Of a DNA stretch of 64,000 nt, positions 19,955 through 29,598 are shown one piece after another. The stretch is from an uncultured virus (IMG/VR IMGVR_UViG_3300031773_001380). Its lineage: Duplodnaviria > Heunggongvirae > Uroviricota > Caudoviricetes. The notes under the pieces are model-generated. The model did no database searches, had not been told where the DNA came from, and was given only the letters and a program-made list of their open reading frames with translations. The position numbers and the translations under genes were made by a program. Positions within the stretch are counted from its first letter, which is position 1. Every line of letters starts with the position of its first letter. Location of the stretch: IMG/VR virus record IMGVR_UViG_3300031773_001380. One strand, 5' to 3'.

Positions 19955-20628
19955 TATTCTTTTCCTTTATCTTTTATTCCTGCTTTAGAAAAAGCCCATT
20001 CCCTTTCCTTACACCAAAAACATTCTCCACATCTTCCTCTTGGTTGCATAGTACATGTATGCGTTATTTCAGAGAGAGCGTCTATTCTCTCTTCTTCGTA
20101 TGCTATTCTAACTAACCATTCTTTAGTTAGTTTTTCAAAAGGCATTTTTATTATTTCTTCGTAAATTGTTCCTGTACTAAATACTCTGCCTTTAGGTAAT
20201 TCATCTGCCCACTCTAATATGTCATCTGCAAATGGATTTGTACCTAAAAACATAACATCAGCACCGTGTTCTATATAAGCTTCTCTTATTCCTTTATTCA
20301 ACCAGAATACTAACGTCTCACTATCTGGTTCCCTATTATTTTTATCTACTGGACCAACAGGTATTGTATGTATTCTATTAGTTCCAAAGTACCTACATGA
20401 TTCTTCTAATACTTTATTAGCATAGTGTATAGAACCATCTGGTTTAGGTACAGTAAATGCTTTAATTTTAACTTTGTGTTTTAAGCATTGTTGGTAAACC
20501 ATATGCCATAAAACAGCGCTGTCAAAACCACCTGACATAATGACTCCAATTGTTTTATCGGATTCGTGCCAGGGTTTTATATAATCATAATAAAATCGTG
20601 CTAGAGGTGTTAAGTCTTGTTCTTCCAT
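19954..20628 (-). CDS. QueC-like PP-loop ATPase
   Basis: MSGGFDS PP-loop; THTC...CGECFWCKER Zn site. Confidence 0.7.
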   Translation of the reverse strand: MEEQDLTPLARFYYDYIKPWHESDKTIGVIMSGGFDSAVLWHMVYQQCLKHKVKIKAFTVPKPDGSIHYANKVLEESCRYFGTNRIHTIPVGPVDKNNREPDSETLVFWLNKGIREAYIEHGADVMFLGTNPFADDILEWADELPKGRVFSTGTIYEEIIKMPFEKLTKEWLVRIAYEEERIDALSEITHTCTMQPRGRCGECFWCKEREWAFSKAGIKDKGKE

Positions 20629-22424
20629 TAGCCTTCACAAGCTACACATTCGCCGTCAGCCAAATCAGCCATATCTAATTCTTGTATAATCTCTCTTTCA
20701 ATCCGTCTAGATACTTTATCTGCTTTGCCAAGTTTTTCTGAACGACAATAATATAGCGTTTTCACTCCTGTTTTCCATGCCAAAAAATGTACAGCATGTA
20801 GATAGGAAATATTTGTATTAGGTCTAAAGAATACATTTAAACTCTGTGCCTGATCTATAAATTCCTGTCTGTCTGCTGCGTGTTCTATAATCCATCTCTG
20901 GTCTATTTCCATAGATGTTTTAAATACTTCTCTCTGTTGGTCACTCAACTGTTTTATATGTTGTACTGAACCATCATTACTTATTATTGACGACCAAACC
21001 TCGTCATAATTTGTTCTCGGGTGTTGCTCACAGTAATCTTTAATGAGTTTATCCAAGAACTTATTTTTGTTGAGGTAAGCACCCGATAATGTGTCTTGCC
21101 TGTAAGCATTAGCTCGCCACGGTTCAATAGATGGCGAAGTGTTGCCCATAATAATACTACTGGAAGCGTTAGGAGCAATAGCCATGACATGACTAAAACG
21201 AATCCCTCGTCCTTTAGCATCTGGTGCCTCTCCTCTTTCTGTTCCAAGTTCTCTATTTGCTTCATCTAATTTTGTCCTAATATATCTAAATACTCTCAAA
21301 TTGGCACCTTTAGCTTCACTGCTTTCCCATGCAATATTGTTCTTTTGCAGATAGGCATGAAAACCTAAAGCCCCAACCCCTATACTCCTTTCTTGTTTGG
21401 CAGAGTATATAGCTCTACCTACTTCTTTAGGAGCATTTTCTATAAAAAACTGCAGGACATTATCTAACATCTCTGCTACGTCTTTTAAAAATTGTGAATT
21501 CTTACTCCAAGAATCGTAATGTTCTAAATTAACTGATGATAAGCAACATACTGCTGTTCGTTCCTCATTCGTAGGTAAAATAATCTCAGAGCATAAATTA
21601 CTCTGGTTAACTCTTAAACCTTTTTCCTTAAGGAATTCTGGCAATTCTCTATTGCTTGTATCAATATAATGTAAGTAAGGTTCTCCCGTCTCCATTCTCA
21701 TTTCTAATATTCTCTGCCATAGTTCTTTGGCAGATACAGTTTCTTTAATTAAACCACTATGAGGATCTGTTAAGTTCCAACCATCATCACATTCAGGATC
21801 TGTCATACAGGTTTCAATTATTCTCATAAAATTGTCTGTAATATTAATCCCGTGATGTAAGTTAAGGCATCTCATATTTTGATCGCCTGTTGGTTTCCTC
21901 ATTTCGAGGAACATTAGAATATCTGGATGGCTAATATCAAGGTAAGTAGCATAACTGCCCCGTCTAGTCCTGCCCTGACGGTAGGCCAGGCACGAGGCGT
22001 CGTAAGTCTTAAGATGAGGCATGACGCCAGTAGACTTATCGTCAGATGATCTAATACCAAACCCAATACCAACACCGCCACCAAGCATAGAAAGCCAATT
22101 TGTTTCTGATAAGTTTTCAACTAATCCCTCCGCTGTGTCATTTATATAGTTTAAAAAACATGATATAGGCATACCACGTCTGCTTCTGCCATAGGACAGA
22201 ATAGGAGTACTGTAGGATAGCCAATGCTTACTACTATACTCGTATAATCTTTGTGCATGTTCTGGATTACTTGAAAAGCTTTTACTCACGAATGCAAATC
22301 TTTCTTGTGGAGATTTTTCTTCCTCCATCATATAACTTTCTCGTAATCTTTGTAAACCTAATTGATCAAATAATTCATCACGCTCATAATCAATTTGTAT
22401 TCCTAAATATTCTGCTTTTGCCAT
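20628..22424 (-). CDS. nrdA: ribonucleotide reductase class I alpha subunit, no ATP cone
   Basis: PISCFL, QSNLCSEI, VCCLSS, IAPNASSS, TLYY and C-terminal CVACEG. Confidence 0.95.
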   Translation of the reverse strand: MAKAEYLGIQIDYERDELFDQLGLQRLRESYMMEEEKSPQERFAFVSKSFSSNPEHAQRLYEYSSKHWLSYSTPILSYGRSRRGMPISCFLNYINDTAEGLVENLSETNWLSMLGGGVGIGFGIRSSDDKSTGVMPHLKTYDASCLAYRQGRTRRGSYATYLDISHPDILMFLEMRKPTGDQNMRCLNLHHGINITDNFMRIIETCMTDPECDDGWNLTDPHSGLIKETVSAKELWQRILEMRMETGEPYLHYIDTSNRELPEFLKEKGLRVNQSNLCSEIILPTNEERTAVCCLSSVNLEHYDSWSKNSQFLKDVAEMLDNVLQFFIENAPKEVGRAIYSAKQERSIGVGALGFHAYLQKNNIAWESSEAKGANLRVFRYIRTKLDEANRELGTERGEAPDAKGRGIRFSHVMAIAPNASSSIIMGNTSPSIEPWRANAYRQDTLSGAYLNKNKFLDKLIKDYCEQHPRTNYDEVWSSIISNDGSVQHIKQLSDQQREVFKTSMEIDQRWIIEHAADRQEFIDQAQSLNVFFRPNTNISYLHAVHFLAWKTGVKTLYYCRSEKLGKADKVSRRIEREIIQELDMADLADGECVACEG

Positions 22425-22430
22425 TTTTTC

Positions 22431-23084
22431 CTACTCTTCAAATGCTTTAATAACATCTGGAAAATGTGTTCCAATTATGTCCCAACAGGTACTGGCAATC
22501 TCAGCGTGTTCCTTCTGTGTGCCATTACCCATCCTTAGTTGACAATAATGTATCCATGATCTTAATGTGCCTGCCATATAAAGAGTAGTCTTGGTAAGTC
22601 CCTCAGGCAATAAAGCCCTTGCTTGTTCTTTTGCTATACCTAACTTTAATGCTTTATTATATTTTTCTAAAGCACTGTGGCCTACAACATCCTGTAATGT
22701 TTTCCACTCTCTGTCCAGTGGAATATCATCAGTTTCAATAGAGTTTTGTCTATTTTTCTCATCTTGTAGACGTGTCTCCCTATCGTAAATAAGCTCTTCA
22801 GCCTCAGCATATCGTTGACTAAACTCTTGGAAACTAAAACTACGATGTCTGATAATCTGTCTAGATATATCTCTAGTAGTTGTAATCTCCATTGTAATAG
22901 AAACCATCTCAAAAGGACTCCAATGTTGGTTCTTAATCAAATATTTTAACAGTTTAGGAGCAGTTTCTTTATTGTTTTGATTACTAGGGTTACTAACTCT
23001 AGCACAATAAGCTACTAAATCTCCTGCCGTGTGGCAATCTTCTATTACACTTGGTTTCGTGACTCCGATTAAATTCACGTTCAT
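22431..23084 (-). CDS. thyX: flavin-dependent thymidylate synthase
   Basis: HWSPFE; RHRSFSFQEFSQRY. Confidence 0.95.
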   Translation of the reverse strand: MNVNLIGVTKPSVIEDCHTAGDLVAYCARVSNPSNQNNKETAPKLLKYLIKNQHWSPFEMVSITMEITTTRDISRQIIRHRSFSFQEFSQRYAEAEELIYDRETRLQDEKNRQNSIETDDIPLDREWKTLQDVVGHSALEKYNKALKLGIAKEQARALLPEGLTKTTLYMAGTLRSWIHYCQLRMGNGTQKEHAEIASTCWDIIGTHFPDVIKAFEE

Positions 23085-23087
23085 ATT

Positions 23088-24113
23088 TTATTGTCTCCAG
23101 TTGGTGAATCTTAATTCAGCTTCCAAATCTTTGAAGACATTATTACTTATAATTTCTTCAATGTTGACCCCTGCCAAAACCATATCATTTATGTCTTTTT
23201 GTACAATATCTTGTGGCCATATTACAACACTATTTCCGTCTCGTATAAGTTCTTCTAAAACTCTACAGACTTCTTTATTTTTAGGTTGGTTATCCACAAT
23301 AATGATCTTGTCCTCGGGTAATTGTAAGCTATCTAATTTGTTAAATGATGTACCAGCAACTGCTATAGAATTATCTAGAAATAGACTATCAAGAGGTCCT
23401 TCTACAACCTTCACTGGCTCATTATAATTTATAACATCTAGGCCGAAAACAGATGGAATATCTTCAACTATTTTTACCATAATGTATTTTAATGGTGAGT
23501 TACCATAATCCCTAAGGGATATAGAAGTTAACCTCCCATCCTTATCAAAGAATGGGATGGCTAACCTCGGCTCTTGAGTCTTGATTCTATCTTTATACTT
23601 AGGAGCTAACTGACGTATTTTGGAAATGTCGTCTATATGATATAGTCTATGCCATTGCTTCTTAGGTATCTTCCTTCTTTTAAGGAAGTCGACTGCTATA
23701 TGATTAGAATCACTCATCTCAGCCTGTTCATAAATTTTATCCACTCTATCCAAAACGCTATCAAGTAGTCTATCTGGATTATTAAACTTTGGTGGTTCAA
23801 ATTTGAACTCGGGAGTCTTATTGGCACGGGGTCCTGCTACACCTTCTGAGTATCTATCTAAAACATATTCTTTGTATAGAAGAGGATCGGTATCTTTTAA
23901 TAATCCACCAAAAGTCTTACCGGCACCACAGTTGTGGCACTTATAGAACATATCATTCTTTCGACGGTAAATATACCCCCGTGCCTTGTTCTTTTTGGCG
24001 CTACTGTCGCCACAGATAGGGCAACGGAAATTAAACAGATAATCGTCCTTGCGTTTGAAACGGTCAAACCTATGTGAGATCATCATAATATATTTCAAGT
24101 CTACATGTAACAT
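23088..24113 (-). CDS. gp61: DNA primase
   Basis: CPICGDS...CHNCG Zn finger; VEGPLDSLF TOPRIM; KDINDM. Confidence 0.9.
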   Translation of the reverse strand: MLHVDLKYIMMISHRFDRFKRKDDYLFNFRCPICGDSSAKKNKARGYIYRRKNDMFYKCHNCGAGKTFGGLLKDTDPLLYKEYVLDRYSEGVAGPRANKTPEFKFEPPKFNNPDRLLDSVLDRVDKIYEQAEMSDSNHIAVDFLKRRKIPKKQWHRLYHIDDISKIRQLAPKYKDRIKTQEPRLAIPFFDKDGRLTSISLRDYGNSPLKYIMVKIVEDIPSVFGLDVINYNEPVKVVEGPLDSLFLDNSIAVAGTSFNKLDSLQLPEDKIIIVDNQPKNKEVCRVLEELIRDGNSVVIWPQDIVQKDINDMVLAGVNIEEIISNNVFKDLEAELRFTNWRQ

Positions 24114-24120
24114 AGTCACT

Positions 24121-24149
24121 ATTATACGAAATTCCTAAGTAGGAATCAA
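24121..24149 (-). promoter_or_regulatory. sigma70-type promoter for primase operon
   Basis: TTGATT-17 bp-TATAAT. Confidence 0.6.
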
Positions 24150-24173
24150 CTGTCTATTGTACCGTTTGGTGAT

Positions 24174-24641
24174 TTATCCTGTGCCCAACATGGACACAAT
24201 TCTGCCTATATTAGGGAATAAAGCAGTTCCAGCAATCAGAATACCCATAAGAATCCATCTCCATTGTTCTAGTTTACGGATTCTATCTTCCATGTGTTCC
24301 TGCTCTTTATTTATTTCAGTTCGTAATAATTTGATTTCATCGAGGACTTTTGCTTCTGATGATGATATAGCTGCTTGTTGTTCTCTTGAGGCAGTGGAAA
24401 TCCTAGAGTGTACTTCTTTAACAGCAGCATCGGACTCTTTTCTCCTTTCCATTCTCTCCCTTTCTTGTGTATCGAGACGCTCTTCATGAACAGCCAAAAT
24501 TTGGCTTATATTATTACTTGCTTCTCCTATTTTTTCTATTGCATCATCTAGCTTTCCAAACAAATGACCCATAGCGGCTACATCAGCTTTGATTGTAGCT
24601 ATCTCTCTATCGATCTTTGGGTTGGTGTTATTTACGGGCAT
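24174..24641 (-). CDS. coiled-coil protein with C-terminal TM helix
   Basis: ILAVHEERL...RIRKLEQWRWILMG. Confidence 0.6.
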   Translation of the reverse strand: MPVNNTNPKIDREIATIKADVAAMGHLFGKLDDAIEKIGEASNNISQILAVHEERLDTQERERMERRKESDAAVKEVHSRISTASREQQAAISSSEAKVLDEIKLLRTEINKEQEHMEDRIRKLEQWRWILMGILIAGTALFPNIGRIVSMLGTG

Positions 24642-25203
24642 GCTTCTTTTTCTTTATTACTGGTTTTCGCCTAAACATGTCCGTCATTCCAATACCAGGG
24701 AATGGCCACTTCCTGAGTGAATCAACACCAGGTTCTCCTTTAGGGCCAATACCTACTCCATGAATACCACCGTGTCCAACTGCATTAGCTGCAACTTCTT
24801 CTTCCATTGTTATAAAGTTTCTAAATGAAACGACATTATATTGTTCTAATAATGTTGCTTGATCCTGTACATCTTCGTCTTCCATGTACATCTCTAATAA
24901 TGTGTGGACAGCAGATTCGTCATCGGTATCTTTGTATTCTCTTAACAATGCCATTGCTGCTGCAAATGTTAAAAGTCTTTTTGATTGCATATTTTGAGAT
25001 TTACTTAAAGCATATTGAACTTTAAAAACAAATCTTTGTAATAAAGAATAAGCATTCTTTTCTGCTGATGTTGAAGGATTTTTTAATTTTTTGGCATTAG
25101 CATCTACGACACCTAACTTGTATGCATCTGTATCTGTAATTTTAGTGGATAGCATTTTTAGTATTCTAATTACTACTACTCCGTCTAATAAATTTGATGC
25201 CAT
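24628..25203 (-). CDS. conserved hypothetical late protein
   Basis: AYKLGVVDANAK; internal SFRNFITMEEE and AANAVGHGG. Confidence 0.6.
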   Translation of the reverse strand: MASNLLDGVVVIRILKMLSTKITDTDAYKLGVVDANAKKLKNPSTSAEKNAYSLLQRFVFKVQYALSKSQNMQSKRLLTFAAAMALLREYKDTDDESAVHTLLEMYMEDEDVQDQATLLEQYNVVSFRNFITMEEEVAANAVGHGGIHGVGIGPKGEPGVDSLRKWPFPGIGMTDMFRRKPVIKKKKHARK

Positions 25204-25584
25204 TTAAATCTTCCTTAAATATTTTATTAATTCATCATTTAATGATATTTCGTCTTGTTTAATTCCTTCTGAAACTACTGTCTCCAAAGGTAAACGATTT
25301 AGAAACACCAAATAAGTTTTAAGATTTATCCAATACTTCTCTTCTAACTTATAAAACAGCATCTTAGTTGCTGCTGGTCCAAATACATTATATAATACAA
25401 TTAGATGATTTATAACAAGACGTTCATTTGGTAACCCCGTCTTTTCGTAACGATTTAAAAGTCGTTTAACATACTTAAACCGTTTTAAGTCATCTTCTAA
25501 GTCTGACATGCCTTCACAACCTGGATTGTTGTAATTTTTTATGGCAAATATCAGAAAATTATCATCATTTAAATTTTCAAACAT
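25204..25584 (-). CDS. conserved T4-like phage protein
   Basis: YNNPGC..DDLKRFKYVKRL..LVINHLIVLYNVFG. Confidence 0.65.
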   Translation of the reverse strand: MFENLNDDNFLIFAIKNYNNPGCEGMSDLEDDLKRFKYVKRLLNRYEKTGLPNERLVINHLIVLYNVFGPAATKMLFYKLEEKYWINLKTYLVFLNRLPLETVVSEGIKQDEISLNDELIKYLRKI

Positions 25585-25590
25585 CTAATA

Positions 25591-26037
25591 TTAACTTGCT
25601 GAGGCACTTCCTCCTATGAAATACCATTTGCTAGTTCCTGTATCATATAGTAAAGTTGCACTCTCCCCTGTAGCATCCCAAGATATATCTTGTGCTAAAT
25701 TTGCTGAATTAAGTGTAACTGTGTGTCCTCCTGAGTTGGAGGACATAATTATAATTTTAATCTGTCCGTCAACACCTGCTGCCAATGTTAAATTACCTGC
25801 TCCAGTTACATTATTAATAAATGTAACATTTGTGTCCACTGAAACAGCACCAATTGCTGTTATTGTATCGTGGTCACCAATAGATAATTTGTCATTAAAT
25901 ACAGCTGGTGTCGAGACATTACCAAACAGAACAGCATTTGTAACTGCTTTAGAGGCTGAGCTCTGAACCAAGTACATTTTGTCTGCAGCTGCTACTGCTG
26001 TAGCTGCTGTCATATCTGAGACTTTACTGTCTGCCAT
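25591..26037 (-). CDS. putative virion structural protein
   Basis: Ala/Thr/Gly-rich beta-type sequence; MADSKVSDMTA start typical of fibre/decoration proteins. Confidence 0.55.
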   Translation of the reverse strand: MADSKVSDMTAATAVAAADKMYLVQSSASKAVTNAVLFGNVSTPAVFNDKLSIGDHDTITAIGAVSVDTNVTFINNVTGAGNLTLAAGVDGQIKIIIMSSNSGGHTVTLNSANLAQDISWDATGESATLLYDTGTSKWYFIGGSASAS

Positions 26038-26047
26038 TGTTTACTCC

Positions 26048-26632
26048 TTACGCTACGACTGTTAATGTACCAGCTGCTGTACCTATACCTGCTGCACTTG
26101 TGATAGTAGAAACTTGTGAAGTTCCTTTATCTTTAATTGTGCCTGAGTTTAATGCAAGTGGATTAGTACCTATGCTTAATACATCGTCTGCGTTAGTAGC
26201 TGCGTTTGCTGCTGCTATAACAAGTGAGAACACTAATTCATTAGTCGCTGTACCACTAGCGTATGATAATACATGTGGTCCACGGCCTGAACCAGTACCT
26301 TCGTTGCCGTTAGTTACTGATAGTTGTGGTGTTCCTGTTACATCAACTGCTTCATTGAATCTTACTCTAGCTGAAAGTGTAAATCCTGCTGACTTATCTA
26401 CTGCTGTTGTAATCCATTCAATTTCTGTTATATCTGCTGCTCCAAGATTAGTTGTAAGAGAAGACATGGCTACTAGAACTTCTGGATCAGCGCCTGTACG
26501 GCCATTTCCTGTCATAGTAGAACCTGCTTCAACTACCCAACCTTGAGTGTTAGCATATACTTCTTTTTTCTGAGCGGTTGAAAGGAATTTAGGCTTACTT
26601 TCGTCCGCGTCAGTTGCTCCCCAATTTGACAT
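26048..26632 (-). CDS. putative virion structural protein (Ig-like)
   Basis: MSNWG...KPKFL, FNEAVDVTGTPQL and YASGTATNELVF. Confidence 0.6.
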   Translation of the reverse strand: MSNWGATDADESKPKFLSTAQKKEVYANTQGWVVEAGSTMTGNGRTGADPEVLVAMSSLTTNLGAADITEIEWITTAVDKSAGFTLSARVRFNEAVDVTGTPQLSVTNGNEGTGSGRGPHVLSYASGTATNELVFSLVIAAANAATNADDVLSIGTNPLALNSGTIKDKGTSQVSTITSAAGIGTAAGTLTVVA

Positions 26633-26644
26633 ATTTTTCTCCTA

Positions 26645-28225
26645 TTAATCTATGTGTGTTTTAAAATTATCATGTGATGCATGTGCATGAGACTGCATCT
26701 TAAGTTTATCAGCCGGTTTACCTGTAAGATATTTATTTAAAAACTTAGTAGCATGTGTTCGACTAACTTTATGAGTTTTACCGTCTTGGAATTTAACTCC
26801 ATCATGTTTATCTCCTAAACTTACAGCTTTTCTTAATTGAGAAACTATATGATCAGGACCTTTGTTCTCTGAACCGTCATGTTTTGACTTTCCAGGCTTA
26901 GGATCTTTCTTTCTAGGTGCCATTCCTTTTGTTGCTCCTGGAGATTTCATATCTCTAATAGCATCTTCTCTGGCGCCTTCTTTCATTGCCCTTCTTGTAT
27001 CAAATATGTTAAGGTTTTCTTTTACTTTCCTATCGGAAACAAGTTTTTTCTTTAGAGCCTTATCTGGGCCACCTGCTTTCTTAACTTTATCTGATAACCA
27101 TTTGTGAGGATCTTTTGGAGGACTGTCAAAGTTATATCCGTGGTCCATTGCAAAAGATTTAAGTGATCCTTCGTCTAGAGGGTGTTCTAATTCTTCATTA
27201 GCCCTTCTAAGTGCGTCATTAACTTCTGGATGATCGGAAAGTCCTTTCTTAATCTTCTCAGCTTGTTTAGCAGCTCCTGTCATGTTACCGCCTTTATAGC
27301 GTTTGTCAAAAGCAATACCCTTAGCCATCTTAATTTGTTTTTTACTGTAAGATGCTTCATCGACTTGTTTAAAGATTTCTTCTTTGTCGCCTGTATTAAC
27401 GTCTCTGATGTTATCAACACCTACATTAGCTAATGCACTTTCTAAATTTTGTTTGTAAAGATTGTTGAAGTTTTTAAGTTCTTCTGGAAGTAAAGATTCT
27501 GTAGATTCAGACTTTAACTTCTCTTTTCTAAGTGAACTAGGCATTGCTTTTAAAACGTCTTCTTTTGAACGTCTACCTAATTTCTTAAAACGTCTAGCAT
27601 CTCTTCCGCGCCTGCCTTCTGCATCTAAGTCTGCAAGTAAACCTTCTCTAATGTCTGGTTTACTCATTTGCTTAGGTCCATCAGTAACTTCAGGATTAAC
27701 TTCACTTCCACCTTGTGCAGGTTTCTTTTTAGCATCTCCTTCTTCTTGACCTTCATCTGCAGGTCTAGCTGCTGGTGCATGATTAGATTCTTTTACATCC
27801 TCTTGTTCTGGATTCTCAGATCCATTTTCAGATTCTTTGGACTTATCTTTGCCATTCTTTTTGGCTTTCTTGCCTTTTTTGGCTGTGTCTTCATCCTCGG
27901 AACCATCATAGACTTTTATGTCTTCTTCTTCTTTTGCCACGGTTCTCTCCTCGGTTTGATATTTTGTCTTTTGAGTATGTAGTCTAGCTCTGTTATATGT
28001 AATATCGTCGCCAAATTGGAAACCCATCATTTTATCTAAAAGTTTAGATAATGCTTCTCTCTCATAAGGTGTTAAAACTTTGCCCATCTTAACACTAGAT
28101 AATGCTCTATGCAATATAGGTAACTGCCTAGCGGGTAAAAGACCCTGTCTTATAAGTGTATCTAACCTTTGTTGCTGTGTTTGCACCTCAGTTAGACTGT
28201 CTAAAGCTTCTTGTATAGTTTCCAT
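26645..28225 (-). CDS. charged low-complexity late protein, putative internal head polyprotein
   Basis: K/E-rich modules separated by (L/I/V/M)xE sites; follows a late promoter. Confidence 0.55.
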   Translation of the reverse strand: METIQEALDSLTEVQTQQQRLDTLIRQGLLPARQLPILHRALSSVKMGKVLTPYEREALSKLLDKMMGFQFGDDITYNRARLHTQKTKYQTEERTVAKEEEDIKVYDGSEDEDTAKKGKKAKKNGKDKSKESENGSENPEQEDVKESNHAPAARPADEGQEEGDAKKKPAQGGSEVNPEVTDGPKQMSKPDIREGLLADLDAEGRRGRDARRFKKLGRRSKEDVLKAMPSSLRKEKLKSESTESLLPEELKNFNNLYKQNLESALANVGVDNIRDVNTGDKEEIFKQVDEASYSKKQIKMAKGIAFDKRYKGGNMTGAAKQAEKIKKGLSDHPEVNDALRRANEELEHPLDEGSLKSFAMDHGYNFDSPPKDPHKWLSDKVKKAGGPDKALKKKLVSDRKVKENLNIFDTRRAMKEGAREDAIRDMKSPGATKGMAPRKKDPKPGKSKHDGSENKGPDHIVSQLRKAVSLGDKHDGVKFQDGKTHKVSRTHATKFLNKYLTGKPADKLKMQSHAHASHDNFKTHID

Positions 28226-28253
28226 ATCCTACTCAATTTTCTTCTTATAATGG

Positions 28254-28261
28254 TATTTATA
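28254..28261 (-). promoter_or_regulatory. T4-type late promoter TATAAATA
   Basis: Exact box. Confidence 0.7.
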
Positions 28262-28299
28262 AGAATTGAGACGTAGAAAATAGAATAAGGTTAAAAAAA

Positions 28300-29598
28300 T
28301 TAACCTACTGAATAAGTAAATGCCTTGTAAGACTTAGATGCCTTTTTAAGTGTAGGACCACCAGATCTAGATTTAGATTTGTATTTAGGTTTCTTAGGTT
28401 GTTGATACTTACCTGGTTTTTTAATTTTATATCGTTTAGCTTTCTGTGAAGCTGCACCCCTAATAGGTTTAGCTGCTTTATACTTTTTAGATGTTTGTGG
28501 TTTTTGTCCACCCCTACTTTTCATTCTGTTTATTTCGTTTCTTCTCATCTGAGGAAGTAACTTAACAGCAACACGATTAACAAGTGGTTGGAATCTCTTA
28601 ATCATAGTTTCCAGTCTTGCCTTCTCTGCTGGTGGTAGTCCAGCTCTATCCCTACCTCTAAGTAGTCGTTTATAAACCATGAGCCTTGCACCCCTGGTTG
28701 CTCTTCTTTTTAATCTGTCTGGAGTAGAACCACGTCTTAGAGCTATACGTCTTGCTACTTTTAATTTTTGTCTGTTTCTTCTAGCAGCAAATCGTCTTTT
28801 CATTCTACCTTGGACTGATAATACTTCATGTATATCTACTTCATTATCAAATCCTGGTGTATTATCGAAATCTTCCCACTCTAATTCATCTTCATCATAC
28901 AATCCATCTTTTACTGCTTTATCAAATGTATAATTTTCTGCTTCTTTATCTAACTCTGTTATGTCATTATGTTCTATATACCATTCACCATCTTTACCTG
29001 TTAACCAATGATCTTTATCACCTTTGTCATGTGATTCTTTTTCATTGTCTTTAGGATATCGGTGTTTACTATGGTCTGCTTGATTAGGTTCAATTGATGA
29101 TAAATCTAAATCTTCTTTAATACCTGCATCCTTTTTCCAATCTAATACAGGTTTCTTTTTAAGGCCTAGCTTGCCTCTAATCTTATTTCCTACTCGTCTT
29201 TTAGCTTCTGAATACTCTGGTTCAAATTGTTTGAGTAAAGCTCCTTCTGTTACTTTAACTGCTTTTTCGTCCTCAGGTTTCCTTGCTTTAATGTCTAAAG
29301 GTTTAATAGGATCTTCTTTAGGATTACTTTGTCCAGGTGTTAAGGATTTAAGATAGTCTGTACCTTGTGGTGTTCCCCATTCATGTCCACCTATTGAAGA
29401 ATCATATCTGGCATCTTCTTTTAATTTGCCATCCCATACTCTTTTACCTAATTGGCTACCTGCACGAGCTAAACCTTTAGTTCTTTTCTTAACATTTTCT
29501 TTAGACGAATCTTTCTTTAGGGATATTTGTGCACCTTGAGTATAATTTGCTATGGTGTCAGTTTTAAGTTCTGTAAGATCGTTATCTATCTTTTTTTT
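28300..29598 (-). CDS. C-terminal part of frameshifted head-associated protein (-1 frame of 29586..30842); very basic C-terminus
   Basis: Frame stays open 232 codons above the TTG at 28902 with no ATG/GTG/TTG; protein-like translation (HEWGTPQGTDYLKSLTPGQ). Confidence 0.7.
   Translation of the reverse strand, partial: KKKIDNDLTELKTDTIANYTQGAQISLKKDSSKENVKKRTKGLARAGSQLGKRVWDGKLKEDARYDSSIGGHEWGTPQGTDYLKSLTPGQSNPKEDPIKPLDIKARKPEDEKAVKVTEGALLKQFEPEYSEAKRRVGNKIRGKLGLKKKPVLDWKKDAGIKEDLDLSSIEPNQADHSKHRYPKDNEKESHDKGDKDHWLTGKDGEWYIEHNDITELDKEAENYTFDKAVKDGLYDEDELEWEDFDNTPGFDNEVDIHEVLSVQGRMKRRFAARRNRQKLKVARRIALRRGSTPDRLKRRATRGARLMVYKRLLRGRDRAGLPPAEKARLETMIKRFQPLVNRVAVKLLPQMRRNEINRMKSRGGQKPQTSKKYKAAKPIRGAASQKAKRYKIKKPGKYQQPKKPKYKSKSRSGGPTLKKASKSYKAFTYSVG

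Noticed and set aside
26037..26546. 169-aa plus-strand ORF
   Set aside because: Antisense to an Ala/Thr-rich structural gene, whose codon bias suppresses stops on the opposite strand
28300..28902. Independent 200-aa gene starting at TTG 28902
   Set aside because: The frame is open and protein-like for 232 more codons upstream; it is better explained as the frameshifted continuation
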